A DNA stretch of 64,000 nt from an uncultured delta proteobacterium (GCA_963772835.1 CAVYYZ010000001.1:32001-96000); one strand, 5' to 3'; shown: positions 1-12,957, numbered from the stretch's first letter. Notes: generated by a model from the letters alone, not told the origin. Numbers and translations: made by a program.

Positions 1-286
1 CGAGGCTTCCCAGGTTGATTCCCAGGATGGGAATATCCCGGCCGCTGAAGAGCCGCGCTACGGAGATCAGCGTACCGTCGCCCCCCAGCACTACAACCAG
101 TTCAGCCTGATCACGAATCTCTTCCTCGGTCATCTCATCAGGGTGCCCGATCAGCCGGGCGAGACTCGGTTCCACCAGCGGCAGCCGATCTCTTGCCGCA
201 AGCCATTGTATCAGGTCACTGGCTATTCCCTGACAGCGGGGATCGTTCGTTTTGGCGAATATGGCGACTTTCTGAATCTGTTGCAT
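1..286 (-). CDS. nadK: NAD(+) kinase, N-terminal part (runs off window edge)
   Basis: Manual translation from ATG at 286: MQQIQKVAIFAK...AELVVVLGGDGTLISVARLF...PILGINLGSL, containing the NAD kinase GGDGT motif. Confidence 0.88.
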   Translation of the reverse strand, partial: MQQIQKVAIFAKTNDPRCQGIASDLIQWLAARDRLPLVEPSLARLIGHPDEMTEEEIRDQAELVVVLGGDGTLISVARLFSGRDIPILGINLGSL

Positions 287-351
287 CGGTTATTTCCCGT
301 GTTCATCCGGCTGTTGTTATGTAGGTTCGCCAGCTTTGCGGTGTCCGGAAA

Positions 352-3012
352 CTACTTCAACGTTCGTATTTTGACCAGGCTCTCTTCCAGAACCAGCTTC
401 TTGCCGTTCACATCAGCCAGTTTCTGGCGTTCCTTGGCGACGATCTCGGCCGGAGCGCGGTCCACGAAGGCGGGGCTTTCCAGCTTTTTGGAGAACATTT
501 CGATCTCCTTGTCGATCTTGCCGATCTCCTTCAGCAGGCGCTCTTCCTCGGCGGCAACATCCACCAGTCCCTTGAGCGGCACATAAATCTGCACATCACC
601 GGCCACCTGTATGGAGGCGTCTTCCGGTTTGTCGATGGCAACGCCGATGGCAAGGTCGGAAACCCTGGCCATGCTGATGATGGCGCTTTCGTTATGCTTC
701 ATCAGGCGCTGGCTCTCTTCATTGGCGCAGGAGAGGATAACCGCAATCTGTTTCGACGGCGGTACTTCCATCTCGCCGCGAATGTTGCGGATACCGCCGA
801 TGACCGCCATGACCCGTTCCATTTCGGCGGCGTCTTCGGGGAAGGAACAGGCGTCACAGGACGCAGGGTAGGCGGCCTGCATGATGGTCGGGGTCGCTTT
901 TGTCCCCGGCAGCGCCTGCCAGATCTCCTCGGTGATAAAGGGCATGAACGGGTGCAGCAGGCGGAGCAGGTTCTCCAGAGTGTACCAGAGCACATACTGG
1001 GTGGCCTGTTTGCGCTCCGGCGTGCCGTTGTAGATGTCCTGTTTGGACAGTTCCAGATACCAGTCGCAGAATTCGCTCCAGGTGAACTGGTAGAGCGCCA
1101 TGGCGCTTTCGTTGTAGCGGTAGCCGGTCAGGGTTTCATCGACGGTCCGGGCGGTTTCGTTCAGGCGGTGCAGAATCCACTTGTCCCCCTGGGATAGTTC
1201 CAGTTTGTCCAGGCTGATGCCGTCCGGATCGAAGCCTTCCAGATTCATCAGGGTGAAGCGGGCGGCATTCCAGACCTTGTTGCAGAAGTTGCGGTAGCCG
1301 GCGATGCGCTCTTCGGCCAGCTTGATGTCGCGCCCCTGGGCGGCAAAGGCGGCCAGGGTGAAGCGGAAGGCGTCGGTGCCGTACTGGTCGATGACCGTCA
1401 GCGGGTCGATGACGTTGCCCTTGGATTTGGACATCTTGTGCCCCTGGGCATCGCGCACCAGGGCGTGGATGTAGACATCCGTGAAGGGCACCTCGTCCAT
1501 GAAGTGCAGCCCCATCATCATCATGCGGGCCACCCAGAAGAAGAGGATGTCGAAGCCGGTCACCAGGCAGGCGGTCGGGTAGAAGGTCTTCAGCTCGGCG
1601 GTCTGGTCCGGCCAGCCCATGGTGGAGAAGGGCCAGAGGGCGGAGGAGAACCAGGTGTCCAGCACGTCGGTTTCCTGGCGGAGTTCGTCGCTGCCGCATT
1701 TTGAACATTTGGTCGGCGCTTCCATCGCCACGGTTATTTCGCCGCAATGATCGCAGAACCAGGCCGGGATGCGGTGTCCCCACCAGATCTGGCGCGAGAT
1801 GCACCAGTCGCGGATGTTTTCCATCCAGTCGTAGTAGGTGTTTTCCCACTGCTTGGGCAGGATGCGGGTCTTGCCGCTTTTTACGGCGTCCAGCGCCCGT
1901 TCGGCCAGCGGTGCCACTTTTACATACCACTGCAGCGAGAGGTACGGTTCCACCACGGTCTTGCAGCGGTAGCAGCCGCCGACCGACATGGGGTGATCGT
2001 CGATTTTGTCCAGATAACCGGCCGCTTCCAGATCAGCAACGATCTGCTTTCTGGCTTCGAAACGATCCATCCCTTCGTACTGGTGACCGGCAGCGTTGAT
2101 GATGCCGGACTCGTCCAGCACGTTGATCTTGTCCAGGCCGTGGCGCAGGCCGACTTCGAAGTCGTTGAAATCGTGGGCCGGGGTGATCTTGACCACGCCG
2201 GTGCCGAACTCGCGATCCACATAGTCATCGGCCACAACCGGGATTTCACGGTTCAGGAGCGGCAGAAGAACTTTTTTGCCAACCAGGTCGCTGTAGCGCT
2301 CATCTTCCGGATGCACCGCCACGGCGGTATCGCCCAGCATGGTTTCCGGGCGGGTGGTTGCAACGGTCACAAAGCGCCCCGGTTCGCCGACCACCGGGTA
2401 GCGGATGTGCCAGAGATGCCCCTTGTGATCTTCATGCTCGACTTCGATATCGGAAAGGGCGGTGTGGCAGCGCGGGCACCAGTTGATCAGACGGTTGTCG
2501 CGGTAGATCAGGCCATCTTCGTACAGTTTGACGAAGACGGTGCGCACCGCCTTGGACAGCCCTTCATCCATGGTGAAGCGTTCGCGTTCCCAGTCGCAGG
2601 ATGCGCCAAGACGTTTCAGCTGGCCGATGATCTGGCCGCCGGACTCGGCTTTCCACTTCCAGACCCGCTCGATAAAGGCTTCACGCCCCAGATCGTGGCG
2701 ATCCTTCCCCTCGGCGGCCAGCTGCCGCTCGACCACGTTCTGGGTGGCGATGCCGGCATGGTCGGTGCCCGGCATCCAGAGTACGTTATACCCCTGCATC
2801 CGTTTCCAGCGGCAGAGGATATCCTGCAGCGTGTTGTTGAGGGCATGCCCCATATGCAGGGCGCCGGTTACGTTGGGAGGAGGGATTACTATGGAGTACG
2901 GTTTTTTGTCCGAGGTGGCGGCGGCGCGGAAATACCCTTTCGTTTCCCATTCGGTGTACCATCTTTTTTCAACATCATGGGGTTCGTACCCCTTGGCGAG
3001 TTCTTTGGTCAT
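352..3012 (-). CDS. valS: Valine--tRNA ligase
   Basis: 886 aa; PPPNVTGALHMGH (HIGH-like), KMSKS, DWCISRQIWWGH, C-terminal coiled coil. Confidence 0.98.
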   Translation of the reverse strand: MTKELAKGYEPHDVEKRWYTEWETKGYFRAAATSDKKPYSIVIPPPNVTGALHMGHALNNTLQDILCRWKRMQGYNVLWMPGTDHAGIATQNVVERQLAAEGKDRHDLGREAFIERVWKWKAESGGQIIGQLKRLGASCDWERERFTMDEGLSKAVRTVFVKLYEDGLIYRDNRLINWCPRCHTALSDIEVEHEDHKGHLWHIRYPVVGEPGRFVTVATTRPETMLGDTAVAVHPEDERYSDLVGKKVLLPLLNREIPVVADDYVDREFGTGVVKITPAHDFNDFEVGLRHGLDKINVLDESGIINAAGHQYEGMDRFEARKQIVADLEAAGYLDKIDDHPMSVGGCYRCKTVVEPYLSLQWYVKVAPLAERALDAVKSGKTRILPKQWENTYYDWMENIRDWCISRQIWWGHRIPAWFCDHCGEITVAMEAPTKCSKCGSDELRQETDVLDTWFSSALWPFSTMGWPDQTAELKTFYPTACLVTGFDILFFWVARMMMMGLHFMDEVPFTDVYIHALVRDAQGHKMSKSKGNVIDPLTVIDQYGTDAFRFTLAAFAAQGRDIKLAEERIAGYRNFCNKVWNAARFTLMNLEGFDPDGISLDKLELSQGDKWILHRLNETARTVDETLTGYRYNESAMALYQFTWSEFCDWYLELSKQDIYNGTPERKQATQYVLWYTLENLLRLLHPFMPFITEEIWQALPGTKATPTIMQAAYPASCDACSFPEDAAEMERVMAVIGGIRNIRGEMEVPPSKQIAVILSCANEESQRLMKHNESAIISMARVSDLAIGVAIDKPEDASIQVAGDVQIYVPLKGLVDVAAEEERLLKEIGKIDKEIEMFSKKLESPAFVDRAPAEIVAKERQKLADVNGKKLVLEESLVKIRTLK

Positions 3013-3129
3013 TATGCAAATCCTTTATCTGAAATATCTGAGCGTAACCATATACTACTGTTGGCTGATTCAGGTCAAGCGCGCACTTGGGAGAGGGTGA
3101 AAAACTGAAACTGCGCTGTTTCGTTTCGC

Positions 3130-3158
3130 TTGACGGGGGGGCACATGTGTATTATTCT
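3130..3158 (+). promoter_or_regulatory. Putative sigma70 promoter of the phosphomutase-nifU-nifS unit
   Basis: TTGACG-N17-TATTCT about 40 nt upstream of ATG 3199. Confidence 0.5.
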
Positions 3159-3198
3159 AACACGACAAAAGCTGTCCTGTTATCTATTGGGGGGTACA

Positions 3199-4618
3199 AT
3201 GACGCAGATTACCTTTGGAACATCCGGCTGGCGAGGAATCCTCTGTGAGGATTTCACCTTTGAAAATGTAAAAGTCGTTGTTCAGGCCATTGCCGATACC
3301 ATTAAAGCTTCCGGTGAAGGTGACAAAGGTGTGGTGATCGGCTGCGATACCCGTTTCATGGGGCAGCGATTTGTTGAGGCTTCCGCCCGCGTCCTGGCCG
3401 GGGCAGGCATCAAGGCGTATATTTGTGAACGGGATACTCCGACGCCGGTTATCTCGTATGAAATTCTGCGGCGCGGCGCTGCCGGCGGCATCAACTTTAC
3501 CGCCAGCCATAATCCGCCCGAATACAACGGCGTCAAATTTTCTCCCTCCTGGGGAGGCCCGGCACTGCCGGAAACCACGAACGAGATCGAACGGCGCGCC
3601 AATGCGACGGTTGGCACCGCATGTTATACGTGAGCTCTCTCTTGAAGAAGCCGGAAAACGGGGACTGGCTGAGACAATCAACCCGCACGACGACTATCTG
3701 AAAGCGCTGGAGCAGAAGGTTGACTTTGATGCGATCGGCAAACTGGGACAGGTTGCGCTCAATCCTCTGTACGGCACCGGACGCGGCTATCTGGACGATC
3801 CGCTCCGCAAACGCGGGATTCCGTACACCATTATCAATAACCGTCCCGATCCCTACTTTGGCGGACATCCGCCCGAGCCGTCCGAAGCGCACATCCCGGA
3901 TTTCATCTCTCTGGTCAAGAATGATCCCGATATCCGGCTTGGCCTTGCCACTGACGGCGACGCCGACCGTTTCGGCATTCTGGATGCCGACGGCAGCTAC
4001 ATCGAGCCGAACTATATCATCGCCCTGCTGCTGGATTACCTGATCCGGGTGCGCAGGCTTGAAGGTGGCGTGGCCCGCTCTGTCGCGACCTCGCACCTGA
4101 TCGATGCCGTGGCGAAAAAACATGGCGTCCCTGTCTATGAAACGCCGGTCGGCTTCAAGTATATCGGCGAATTGATCAGTCAGGACAAGCTGGTCATCGG
4201 CGGTGAAGAGAGCGCCGGTCTGACGATCAAGGGGCATGTCCCGGAGAAGGACGGCATTCTCGCCTGTTTCCTGGTGGCCGAAATGGTGGCTCGTGAGGGG
4301 AAAAGTATCCGCGAACTTCTTGACCGGCTGTACGGTGAGGTGGGGCGTTTTGTTACCCGCCGCGACAACCTCAAGCTGTCGCCGGAGCTGGAAATCGCGT
4401 ACAAGAACAAGATCAATGCAGTCCCTGCTGAAATTGCCGGGACGAAGGTCAAGGAAATCGTCAGAGTTGACGGTACCAAATTATTGCTCGATGACGGCAG
4501 CTGGATGCTGTTCCGTAAATCGGGCACAGAGCCGGTAGTACGGCTGTATGGCGAGGCGGGCAACGATGCGCGTCTTGCCGAAGTTATGGCCGCAGGCCGG
4601 AAGTTTATCCTCAGCTGA
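3199..4618 (+). CDS. Phosphoglucomutase/phosphomannomutase family protein (one +1 frameshift near 3624 as assembled)
   Basis: FGTSGWRG and TASHNPPEYNG in the first frame; ATDGDADRFG, GGEESAG and RKSGTEP in the second frame. Confidence 0.9.
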
Positions 4619-4652
4619 ATTCAATAAACAACTATTTTGAAGGAGTTACACC

Positions 4653-5526
4653 ATGTGGGATTACACACCAATCGTTAAAGATCATTTTCTGAACCCCCGC
4701 AACGTGGGCGATATACCGGATGCCGACGCAGTTGGAGAAGTCGGCAGTCTGGCCTGCGGCGATGCTTTGAAGCTGTATCTCAAGCTGGATGACAACAAGG
4801 ACAAGATTGTTGACGCCAAGTTTCAAACCTTCGGCTGTGCCAGCGCGATCGCTTCTTCATCCGCCCTGACCGAGATGGTCAAAGGTAAAACCCTCGATGA
4901 AGCGCTGGCTGTCAGCAATCAGGATATTGCCGATTTTCTGGGCGGTCTGCCGGAAGAGAAGATGCACTGCTCGGTTATGGGGCAGGAGGCGCTGGAGGTG
5001 GCTATTGCCAAGTACCGCGGACACGAAGCGCCGGTGCACAGTCAGTGATCATGATCATGGCCCGGCATATCCCGACCAGGAGGGTACGGTTGTCTGTAAA
5101 TGTTTCGGCATCACCGATATCTTCCTGAAGAAAGTCATCGAGACCAATCGCCTGACCACGCCGGAACAGGTGACCCACTTCACCAAGGCCGGTGGCGGCT
5201 GCGGCGGCTGCATTCCGAAGATCAAGGAACTGATTGCGGAGGTGATGGGGACTCGTCCCGAGGAACCGCGCAAGCGTCCCGAGAAACTGTCCAACATGAA
5301 GAAGATGCAGCTGATTCAGGAGGTTCTGGAACGCGACATCCGGCCTCTGCTCTGGGCTGATGGCGGCGATCTGGAGCTGATCGATATTGACGGCGCCAAG
5401 GTGCAGGTTGCGTTCCGTAAGGCATGTGCCGGTTGTGCTTCGTCCGGAAACACCGCCCGCATGGTTGAAATCAAACTGCGCGACCTTGTTGCCGAGGATA
5501 TTGTGGTAGAGGAGGTCTCTCAATGA
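4653..5526 (+). CDS. nifU: Fe-S cluster assembly scaffold NifU (one +1 frameshift near 5045 as assembled)
   Basis: IscU-like domain ([18 protein letters not shown]), then BFD-like CKCFG...GGGCGGC and Nfu domain (DGGDLEL, ACAGC) in the next frame. Confidence 0.92.
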
Positions 5527-6700
5527 AAGAAATCTATCTCGACAACAATGCGACGACCAAGGTTGACGAAGCGGTCTTCGAGGAGATGCGTCCCTATTTC
5601 TGCGAGCTGTACGGCAACCCCAGTTCGATGCATTTTTTCGGCGGACAGGTGCAGAGCAAGGTGACCGAAGCCAGGGCGCAGGTGGCGGAGCTGTTGGGAG
5701 CGTCTCCGGATGAGATCATTTTCACCGCCTGCGGTACCGAGAGTGACAATGCCGCAATCCGTTCGGCTCTGGAAGTTTTCCCCGAACGTCGCCACATCAT
5801 TACCTCCCGCGTCGAACACCCGGCGGTGCTGACCCAGTGCCGCAACCTGACCCAGAGGGGATACCGGGTGACGGAAATCGGCGTCGACGGTGCCGGTCGT
5901 CTGGACATGGAGGAATATGAAGGCTGCTGTTGATACCGACACGGCGATTGTCTCGTTGATGTGGGCCAACAATGAGACCGGCGTTATCTTTCCGGTGGAA
6001 GAAGCGGCTGCCATCGCAAAGTCCAAGGGTGCCCTTTTTCACAGCGACGCCGTGCAGGCCATCGGCAAGATTCCGATCAACATGGCCGCTTCGAGTATCG
6101 ATATGCTCTCGCTTTCCGGTCACAAACTGCACGCTCCCAAGGGAATCGGTGTTCTGTACCTGAGACGCGGCACACCGTTTCGCCCTTTTCTGGTCGGTGG
6201 CCATCAGGAGAAGAGCCGCCGGGCCGGTACTGAAAACGCCGCGGCCATCATTGCCCTCGGCAAGGCCTGCCAGTTGGCTGGCCAGCATATGGAAGCGGAA
6301 AATACGACCGTCAAGGCGATGCGTGACCGTCTTCAGGACGCCCTGATGGCTGCTATTCCTCATGCCCGTATCAACGGCGGCGGTGCCGAGAGACTTGCCC
6401 AATACCACCTCGATCGCTTTCGAGTTTGTCGAAGGCGAAGCCATTCTGCTGCTGCTGTCGGAGTTCGGCATCTGCGCTTCGTCAGGAAGCGCCTGCACTT
6501 CCGGGTCGCTGGAGCCTTCCCACGTCCTGCGTGCCATGGGTGTACCGTTCACCTGTGCCCACGGTTCAATCCGCTTTTCGCTGTCGCGTTACACTACGGA
6601 TGCCGAGATCGATACCGTTATTCGGGAAATGCCGCCGATCATTGCCCGTCTGCGGCAGATGTCACCGTTTGGCAGGGAACATCTGAAAGGCGATGCGTAA
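5523..6700 (+). CDS. nifS: Cysteine desulfurase NifS (two +1 frameshifts near 5919 and 6396 as assembled)
   Basis: YLDNNATT and GNPSSMH; MWANNETG and SGHKLH (PLP lysine); SSGSACTSG (catalytic Cys), spread over three frames. Confidence 0.92.
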
Positions 6701-6719
6701 CGATATCTGTTGATGTTTG

Positions 6720-6752
6720 ACAAAGGGCGGCCATTAATTGGTCGCCCTTTGT
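6720..6752 (+). terminator. Hairpin / intrinsic terminator after nifS
   Basis: ACAAAGGGCGGCC-ATTAATT-GGTCGCCCTTTGT inverted repeat. Confidence 0.7.
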
Positions 6753-6844
6753 TTATACTGGAGAATCGGCGGAAATGAGGTAGAATATCCAGCATTCATT
6801 CAGGACATGGAATGGATATAGACCGTTTTGCTGGAGTGAATAAA

Positions 6845-8146
6845 ATGGAGATAAAGATACCTGAAGTCGGGGAGTCGGTGCGTGAGGCACTGCTGGCCAA
6901 GTGGTTTAAAAAAAGTGGCGATGTTGTCAAGCGTGATGAGCCGCTGTGCGAAATCGAAACCGACAAAATTACGCTTGATCTTAATGCCGATGTGGCCGGA
7001 CTCCTCACCATATCAATACCGGAAGGCACAACGGTGCCGGTCGGGACGACAATCGGCGTGATTGAGGAGTCTGCAGTTGTCTCTGAAACGCCGGCTGCTT
7101 CTACGGTAACTTCGCTGGCAGAAAGAGCTGTTGCGCCGCCATCGTCACCATCTCTGCGGCGTGAGATGCGTCAGGAGAATATTTCTCCGGATGAGGTAGA
7201 GGGAACGGGGCGGGGAGGGCGCATCACACTTGATGATCTGTTCACCCGGATCGAGGAAAAAGCGAAAATGCCGCCTCCGTCCCGCCCTGCCAAAAGCGTC
7301 GAACCTGTTGCCGTTGAGCCTGAACGCCAGAGTGCGGCTTCCGCACCTGTTCTACCAACTGCCACGCAATTGCCGGTGTCCCATGCGGATGCTGAGCCGT
7401 CTGAGCAATTTTCTGTGAAGACGGAAGAGCCGCCGGTGTATTCATCCGGTCGTGAGGAGCGGCGACCAATGTCTCCGATTCGCAAACGCATCGCCGAGCG
7501 TCTGGTGGCGGCCCGTCAGCAGACCGCAATGCTGACGACCTTCAACGAGGCTGACCTGTCGCAAGTCAAGGCACTGCGCAGTGCCCATCGCGAGCATTTC
7601 CTGCAACGTCATGGCATTACTCTTGGCTTTATGCCGTTTTTTGTCAAGGCATGTATCGAGGCTCTCAAAGAGTTCCCGTTGGTGAATGCCAGTATTGATG
7701 GCGATGATATTGTCTACCACCATTTTTATGATATCGGTGTTGCCATCGGCAGCGACAAGGGTTTGGTGGTGCCGGTGCTGCGAAATGCCGATCAGCTCAA
7801 GCTTTACGAGATTGATCAGGCAATTGCTTCATTTTCCGAGAAGATCAGAACCAATCATCTGGCTATTGCTGATCTGGAGGGGGGGACGTTCACCATCAGT
7901 AACGGCGGTGTGTATGGTTCGATGCTTTCCACGCCGATCCTTAATCCTCCCCAAAGCGCCGTACTGGGGATGCATGCCATTCAGGACCGGCCGGTTGTGC
8001 GCGACGGGCAGATAGTCATACGGCCGATGATGTATCTGGCGCTCTCCTACGATCACCGGATTATTGACGGACGTGAGGCGGTTGGTTTTCTGAAAAAGGT
8101 GAAAGAGTATATTGAGGCGCCGGAAGAGCTGCTGCTGGAAGGGTGA
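6845..8146 (+). CDS. sucB: Dihydrolipoyllysine-residue succinyltransferase (2-oxoglutarate dehydrogenase E2)
   Basis: Lipoyl domain (EIETDKIT), E3-binding [27 protein letters not shown]. Confidence 0.92.
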   Translation: MEIKIPEVGESVREALLAKWFKKSGDVVKRDEPLCEIETDKITLDLNADVAGLLTISIPEGTTVPVGTTIGVIEESAVVSETPAASTVTSLAERAVAPPSSPSLRREMRQENISPDEVEGTGRGGRITLDDLFTRIEEKAKMPPPSRPAKSVEPVAVEPERQSAASAPVLPTATQLPVSHADAEPSEQFSVKTEEPPVYSSGREERRPMSPIRKRIAERLVAARQQTAMLTTFNEADLSQVKALRSAHREHFLQRHGITLGFMPFFVKACIEALKEFPLVNASIDGDDIVYHHFYDIGVAIGSDKGLVVPVLRNADQLKLYEIDQAIASFSEKIRTNHLAIADLEGGTFTISNGGVYGSMLSTPILNPPQSAVLGMHAIQDRPVVRDGQIVIRPMMYLALSYDHRIIDGREAVGFLKKVKEYIEAPEELLLEG

Positions 8147-8209
8147 ACACCGGGGACGGATTCAGGAAACAGTTGATCTTAGCCGTTAAAATATTGGAGG
8201 TTTTCTACC

Positions 8210-9675
8210 GTGTCTGAACAGAACTTTGACCTTATCATTATTGGAGCCGGGCCTGGCGGGTATGTGGCAGCTATCCGTGCTTCACAGCTTGGAATGAAGG
8301 TGGCCGTCGTTGAAAAACGTGCCACTTTTGGCGGCGTCTGTCTTAACGAGGGGTGTATTCCCAGCAAGGCACTGCTTGATTCCAGTGAGCTTTTTGCCGT
8401 GGCCCGGGACCGATTTGCTCTGCACGGCATAGTTGTTGAGCCTCCGCAGCTTGATCTCGATGCCATGATGCTGCGCAAGGAGGATGTGGTCAAGAAAATG
8501 ACCGATGGTATTGCCTATCTGTTCAAGAAAAACGAAATTGAACGTCTTCATGGCACAGCTGTTCTCAAGGGTGTCAATGCTGCCGGACTGCATCAGGTGG
8601 AGGTGACGCCGACGGTTCCCCCGCCCGTTGCAAACGGACAGCAAAGCCTTCTGGAGCCTGTTCCGCAAGCGACAGATAACTCTCACCGCTCCGAAGGTGA
8701 TTCTTGCGACCGGCAGCGAAGCGGCCGCTCTGTCAGGCATTCCCTTTGACGGCCACGTTGTCGTCACTGCGCGCGATGCGCTCTCGTTCGATCGCGTACC
8801 TGAACACTGATCGTAGCCGGTGGTGGTGCAATCGGGCTCGAACTCGGCTCCGTCTGGCGGCGCCTGGGTGCCCAGGTAACGGTGATGGAGATGCTGCCGC
8901 AGATTCTGCCGAATATGGATCGTCAGGTCGCCGATACGCTCTATCGATCACTGCGGAAGCAGGGAATCCAGTTCAAGCTGGTACACGCATTACCGGAGTA
9001 CGCCGGATCGGTGCCAAGGCGATTGTCCTGTTCAACTCCGGAACCGGCAGCGAAGAGGTCGATTGCGACAAAGTGCTGGTCGCGGTCGGACGACGTCCTT
9101 CCACGTCTGGTCTCGGTCTGGAGGAGATTGGTGTCACGCTGGATGAATCGGGGCGGGTGATTGTCGATGATTCGTATCAATCATCGGTGGCGGGGGTTTT
9201 TGCCGTTGGTGATCTGGTGGCGGGCCCGATGCTGGCTCATAAGGCGTCCGAGGAAGGGGTTGCCTGTGTCGAGCGGATGGCGGGTATGACGACCAAGGTT
9301 GAATACGAGTACATTCCGGGAGCGGTCTATACCTGGCCGGAAGCTGCCGGCGTGGGGGCGACGGAAGAACAGCTCAAGGCAGCCGGTATACCATACCGCA
9401 GTGGCCGCTTTAATTTTGCCGCTCTCGGTCGGGCGCGCTGCATGGATGAAACGGAAGGTTTTGTCAAGATTCTTGCCCACCTGGAAACCGACCGGGTGCT
9501 GGGTGTTCATATCGTTGGTCCACGGGCATCTGACCTGATTTCCGAGGCGGCTACGGTGATGAGTTTTGGCGGCACAGCCCGTGATATTGCTCTCATCTGC
9601 CATGCCCATCCTACTCTTCCTGAGGCAATCAGGGAAGCGGCGCTGGATGTTCATAAAGAGGCGATACACGCCTGA
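8210..9675 (+). CDS. lpdA: Dihydrolipoyl dehydrogenase (three frameshifts near 8670, 8807 and 8980 as assembled)
   Basis: GAGPGGY, GGVCLNEGCIPSK, ILATGS, PMLAHKA, HAHPTLPE recovered across frames. Confidence 0.92.
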
Positions 9676-9720
9676 TCGCATATGCAACGCCCACATTAAT
9701 AATCTGATAAGGAAACATCC

Positions 9721-11173
9721 ATGGCAAAAACTTCCCGCAAAACCAAAATAGTTGCGACTGTCGGTCCCGTAAGTTCATCTCCGGAGATGATTCTGAAGTT
9801 GATGCAGGCCGGTGTTGACATATTCAGGCTGAACTTTTCCCATGGCGAAAATTCTCAAAAACTGGAACTGATCAGGATCATACGGAGTGTTTCGGATAAA
9901 CTCGGCAGTCAGGTCGGTATTCTCGGTGATCTCCAGGGGCCGAAAATCAGGACCGGAAAGATGGCCGGTGACGGTATGCTCCTGACTAAAGGGGAGGAGG
10001 TTGTCATCACCACCGACAACGTGCTCGGCGGTGATGGCGTTATCCCGACGATTTATAAATCGTTGCCCCATGATGTGCACCCAGGTTCCAGAATTCTGCT
10101 GGATGACGGGTTACTCGAACTGAAAGTTGTTGCGCTTGAAGGTGAGCGGGTTCGCTGTCTGGTCGTCGCGGGAGGGGTTCTTAAAAACAACAAGGGGATC
10201 AATCTGCCGGGGGTTAATGTCTCTGCTCCCTGTCTCACAGAAAAAGACCTGGTAGACCTCGATTTTGCTCTTGATGCCGGAGTCGATTTTATCGCGCTCT
10301 CCTTTGTACGGACGGCTGAGGATATTGAAGAAATCAAAAGGCTGATTTCCGCCAGGGGGAAAGATACTCCGGTGGTCGCAAAAATAGAAAAGCCGGAGGC
10401 GCTTCGCAACTTCAAGAAAATTCTTGAAGCGACGGATGCCGTGATGGTAGCGCGTGGTGATCTGGGAGTCGAGATTGAACCGGAAAAGGTGCCGGTCTAT
10501 CAGAAGAAAATCATCCAGGCGTGCAACAAGGCTGGCAAGCCGGTTATCACCGCGACTCAGATGCTGGACTCCATGATCCGGAATCCGCGTCCAACGAGAG
10601 CTGAAACTTCAGACGTCGCCAATGCGATAATTGACGGCACCGATGCCATCATGCTTTCAGCCGAAACGGCTTCAGGCGATTTCCCTATTGAATCAGTGGA
10701 GACAATGGTTCGCATTGCCAAGGATGTTGAAAGTGCCGATCTGCACGTTGTTGATGGCCATTTCAAAGCAGTATCGACAACAGCCCAGGCGGTTGCCGAA
10801 TCGTCCTGCCGGACTGCCGCCATGCTCAAGGCAAAGGCAATTGCCGTATTTACGCGATCAGGAGGTACCGCCGCACTCATCTCAGCCTTTCGTCCGGCAA
10901 CGCAAATTATCGCATTTACCGCCTCGCCGGAAATCCGCCGCAGGTTGACTCATCTATTGGGGGGTACAGTGTACGGACGTTGGTATCATGGAAAATACCG
11001 ATCAGCAGATTCATGAAGTGGAGAAAAAACTACTGGCATCAGGTCTTCGCAATGGAGAACAGGTTGTAATTACCATGGGCATCCCCATTGAAACGCGCGG
11101 ATCAACAAATCTGATGAAAGTTCATACTCTCGGAACCCATGGTTTTTATGAGGTTTTTGAAGAGTCGAAATAG
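9721..11173 (+). CDS. pyk: Pyruvate kinase (one +1 frameshift near 10951 as assembled)
   Basis: TKIVATVGP, RLNFSHG, DLQGPKIRTG, MVARGDLG, ATQMLDSM; C-terminal IYWGV...GSTNLMKV in the next frame. Confidence 0.93.
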
Positions 11174-11212
11174 CTGGTTCAATATTATTTTCATCCGATG
11201 GTCATTTTTATT

Positions 11213-11242
11213 TTGACAATGTCTTGAATGCTGTGTTAGAAA
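11213..11242 (+). promoter_or_regulatory. rRNA operon promoter
   Basis: TTGACA followed by extended -10 TGTGTTAGAAA; boxA-like TGGTCTTTGAAAAC at about 11299. Confidence 0.55.
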
Positions 11243-11390
11243 ACGAGTCCCTTTTGAGACGGAAGTTTTCGGGGGGCGCGACAGAGAGAAAGTTGAGCTG
11301 GTCTTTGAAAACCGAATAGCAGTTGATAAGTGATTTGTAAATTTTTGCCAGAAGTAAATTTTTGAGATTAAGATATCGAACTTTCATAAT

Positions 11391-12957
<1,567 letters not shown>

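Noticed and set aside
1747..3108. 453-aa plus-strand ORF and other long ORFs overlapping valS
   Set aside because: Antisense shadows of a GC-rich, codon-biased gene; no recognisable motifs.
5040..5060. TGA in nifU (also nifS at 5931 and lpdA at 8808) as selenocysteine or readthrough
   Set aside because: The conserved sequence continues in a different frame, so these are indels and not recoded stops.
3600..10960. Programmed ribosomal frameshifting as a shared mechanism
   Set aside because: No common slippery heptamer or downstream structure, mixed +1 and -1 shifts, and several events within one gene.
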